Part shown: positions 61,668-64,000 of the stretch, piece after piece
Layout of the letters: every line of letters begins with the position of its first letter
Numbering within the stretch: position 1 is the first letter of the stretch
Source of the DNA: an uncultured Verrucomicrobiae bacterium
GTDB taxonomy: Bacteria > Verrucomicrobiota > Verrucomicrobiia > Chthoniobacterales > Chthoniobacteraceae
Length of the DNA: 64,000 bases
Direction of reading: 5' to 3'
Assembly (NCBI GenBank): GCA_963828525.1
Contig: CAWHEP010000005.1
Span: forward strand, 157,079-221,078
The notes under the pieces: model-generated
What the model was told of the DNA's origin: nothing
The model's input: the letters and a program-made list of their open reading frames with translations, nothing else
Databases searched by the model: none
Position numbers and translations under genes: made by a program

Positions 61668-61859
61668 GCGGAGATGTCGCCTCGAAGCTCTAACAGCGGC
61701 TTTGCATCTACGGTTTTGCTGCCAAGTCTTTCCGCAGCGCCCTCAGTTCTATGGTCACCTGCAAAGACGTGCGTCGTTCTGGATGATGTGAATGATGAGT
61801 AGGATGATCAGAATGGTAATGGGATTCATAGGGTTGATTGTAAGACTGTGGACGGAGTC

Positions 61860-61961
61860 GCCTAACGGCTCCAAGCTCAGCGACAGAGGCTGGCGAGGCA
61901 AGACGTGGAAGACAGAAAGGACTTACCGCCAGCCTCTGTTCGCTGGAGCGCGTGGTTAGGC
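61860..61961 (-). repeat. attC site
   Basis: GCCTAAC...GTTAGGC, ~103-bp family. Confidence 0.92.
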
Positions 61962-61964
61962 ACG

Positions 61965-62322
61965 TCGCTATGGAGCGGTAACACTCTCGTGCTGAACCCT
62001 GGCTCGGCGGCACCCCAAACTTGGCCTGTGACCGTATCGCCGAGCAGCGCCGTGGCCACACCCAACAATCTGGAAGCGTCCCACCGGGAGTTTGCGGGCG
62101 GTGGGACATTTGGCTTTGCTGAACCCTGTGCTCTCGGGCGGCTTCTCAGACGCTGCGCGTTGAAGTGAGGGGAGCTACTCCCCGTCTCCAACGGCACAGG
62201 CTGGAACTGCCCCGGCAGCGACTCAGCTTCCCGGAATCGGGCTGGGCAAATGCGAGGGGTTGAATGGCTGCGAGTGCGACAAGCAGGACCAGCGACGAAG
62301 GAACTCGAAATTTGGTTTTCAT
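61965..62322 (-). CDS. small secreted cassette protein (frameshifted, end approximate)
   Basis: signal peptide MKTKFRVPSSLVLLVALAA; between attC sites. Confidence 0.45.
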
Positions 62323-62364
62323 AGTGACGATGGGACTCGATTGTAGATAGGAAGGTGCCAGAGT

Positions 62365-62467
62365 GCCTAACGAACTCAAGCTCAGCGACAGAGGCTGGCG
62401 CGGAGAGACGTAACCACGAGAAAGAGGCCTGCCGCCAGCCTCTGTTCGCTGGAGCGCGTGGTTAGGC
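62365..62467 (-). repeat. attC site
   Basis: GCCTAAC...GTTAGGC, ~103-bp family. Confidence 0.92.
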
Positions 62468-62807
62468 GGCGGAATGGCTACTTGACCTTCGGTTTGTCTG
62501 CTTCTTCGGGTGTGGACTTCTTTGTGCCATCCTCAGACAAGAAGAGCACGGGCTGAAGCACCTGAACTGTTTCTTGATTTTTGTCTTTGGTGAGGAGGAC
62601 TTACAAATTCGGCCGGTCTGCGTGTCGAGCAAATACTGATCGCCGTCGGTTTTCGAGAGTCGCCCGAAAACGAAACGACCTCCGGGCGCGGCAGGTACCG
62701 GCGGCACCTCGGCGAGAACCGGCGGTGCCTCCTTCTGCTGGGCAAAGGCGCTGTGAGCAGAAAGCGATGAGAAGGTGAAGGAGAGCAGTAGTGATGAGTG
62801 TTTTCAT
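62462..62807 (-). CDS. small secreted cassette protein (frameshifted)
   Basis: signal peptide; LLDTQTGR segment in another frame. Confidence 0.5.
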
Positions 62808-62827
62808 AATGGGTGGTGAGCGTAGCC

Positions 62828-62900
62828 GCCTAACAAGATTTAGGCGAAACTCCGTTTCGTCTATTTCTCCAGGTAATTCTGTAAGCATTGCGCCTATTTC
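62828..62900 (-). other. attI site (long allele)
   Basis: as 16552-16620. Confidence 0.85.
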
Positions 62901-62944
62901 GGCTCGCAGTGAGGAATGCGTCGTGGTAAAGCGAAGACACGCCG

Positions 62945-63924
62945 ATGATGCTCCCATATCAAAACGAAGCTCACAAGCCGAAACTTCTCGACCGGGTTCG
63001 GGAGTTGTTTCGCCTCAAGCATTACAGCCTGCGCACCGAAAAGACATACGGAGAATGGATTCGCCGTTACATCCTCTACCACGGCAGGCGGCATCCTCGC
63101 GAGATGGGCGCGGAGGAGGTCACCGCATTTCTGACCCATCTCGCCGCTGAGAGGGATGTCGCGGCCTCGACGCAAAACCAGGCGCTCAGCGCCCTGCTGT
63201 TCTCTACGGCGAGGTCCTCGATGTGAAGCTGCCCTGGCTGAGTGAAATCCAACGGGTAACCCGCCCCGCCAGGCTGCCGGTGGTCCTGACCCGGGAAGAA
63301 GCCAGGAGCGTCCTCGCGTGCCTTCGGGGCGAATACCGGCTGATGGCCGACCTGCTCTACGGGAGCGGGTTGCGACTCCTGGAGTGTCTGCGGTTGCGGG
63401 TGAAGGATGTCGATTTTGGCTATCTGCAAATCACGGTGCGTGAGGGGAAAGGGGGCAAGGACCGCGTGACCGTGCTGCCCGTCAGCCTGGCGCCAGCGAT
63501 TCGCGAGCATCTGGAGGCGGTGAAAAAGCTGCACGCGGCCGATCTGGCCGCCGGGTTTGGCCGGGTGATGCTGCCCGAGGCGCTGGAGCGCAAATATCCG
63601 AAGGCTCCGCGGGAATGGGCCTGGCAATGGGTGTTTCCGGCAGCCCAGCTTTCTACCGATCCCGTGACGGGAATCAAGCGGCGGCATCATGCGCTGGAAA
63701 AGAACCTCCAGAATGCTGTGAAAGCGGCCGCGCGAAAGTCGGGCATCGCAAAGCATGTGACGCCGCACGTCTTCCGGCACAGCTTTGCCACGCATCTGCT
63801 GGAGGCGGGCTATGACATCCGCACCGTGCAGGAACTGCTTGGGCATAAAGAGGTGAGCACCACGATGATCTACACGCACGTCTTGAACCGCCCTGGCCTG
63901 GCGGTGCGCTCGCCGCTGGATTAA
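62945..63924 (+). CDS. intI: integron integrase (copy 5; one T missing near 63200, possibly sequencing error)
   Basis: full-length near-identical sequence in two frames. Confidence 0.9.
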
Positions 63925-63962
63925 AAGCGCGTGGCCGGTTGATTGAGGAACCTATGTTTTTA

Positions 63963-64000
63963 ACTAAATATGCAACTTGTTCCTGCCTGACACTTTCCAC
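63963..64000 (+). mobile_element. IS110 right end fused downstream of intI (runs off window)
   Basis: as 57961 onward. Confidence 0.85.

Larger units (their letters stand above)
58019..62900 (-). mobile_element. integron cassette array belonging to intI copy 5
   Basis: cassettes and attC sites ending at attI 62828. Confidence 0.93.

Overview
GC-rich bacterial chromosome segment, probably Verrucomicrobiota (inferred from the PEP-CTERM protein and gene style). Many single-base frameshifts in essential genes point to long-read assembly errors. Two ordinary housekeeping blocks (1-10.2 kb: lpxK, folD, aas, thiE, accBC; 28-50 kb: hflKC, gmd, nadA, fcl, rph, panD, thiHS, dnaB, rplI) alternate with two integron loci (about 10.9-28.1 kb and 56.6-64 kb). 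These loci hold five near-identical intI copies, each with its own attI, arranged head-to-tail with minus-strand cassette arrays. The arrays are colonised by an IS110-family element that inserts at the AG/CT dinucleotide of the attC R'' box. Its 5' non-coding region folds into an RNA of about 196 nt with two parallel segments matching the attC target (GGTTAG) and its own donor end (TTCAGGAG), like a bridge RNA. The same IS right end is welded to the 3' end of three intI copies, and where the flank is visible it sits in the attC of a toxin-antitoxin cassette. This suggests RNA-guided mobilisation and stacking of whole integron units (hypothesis). Also present: a MITE inside the transposase, a nested IS66, a NACHT NTPase, a glycosyltransferase-receiver fusion and a raiA-like structured RNA candidate upstream of rplI.
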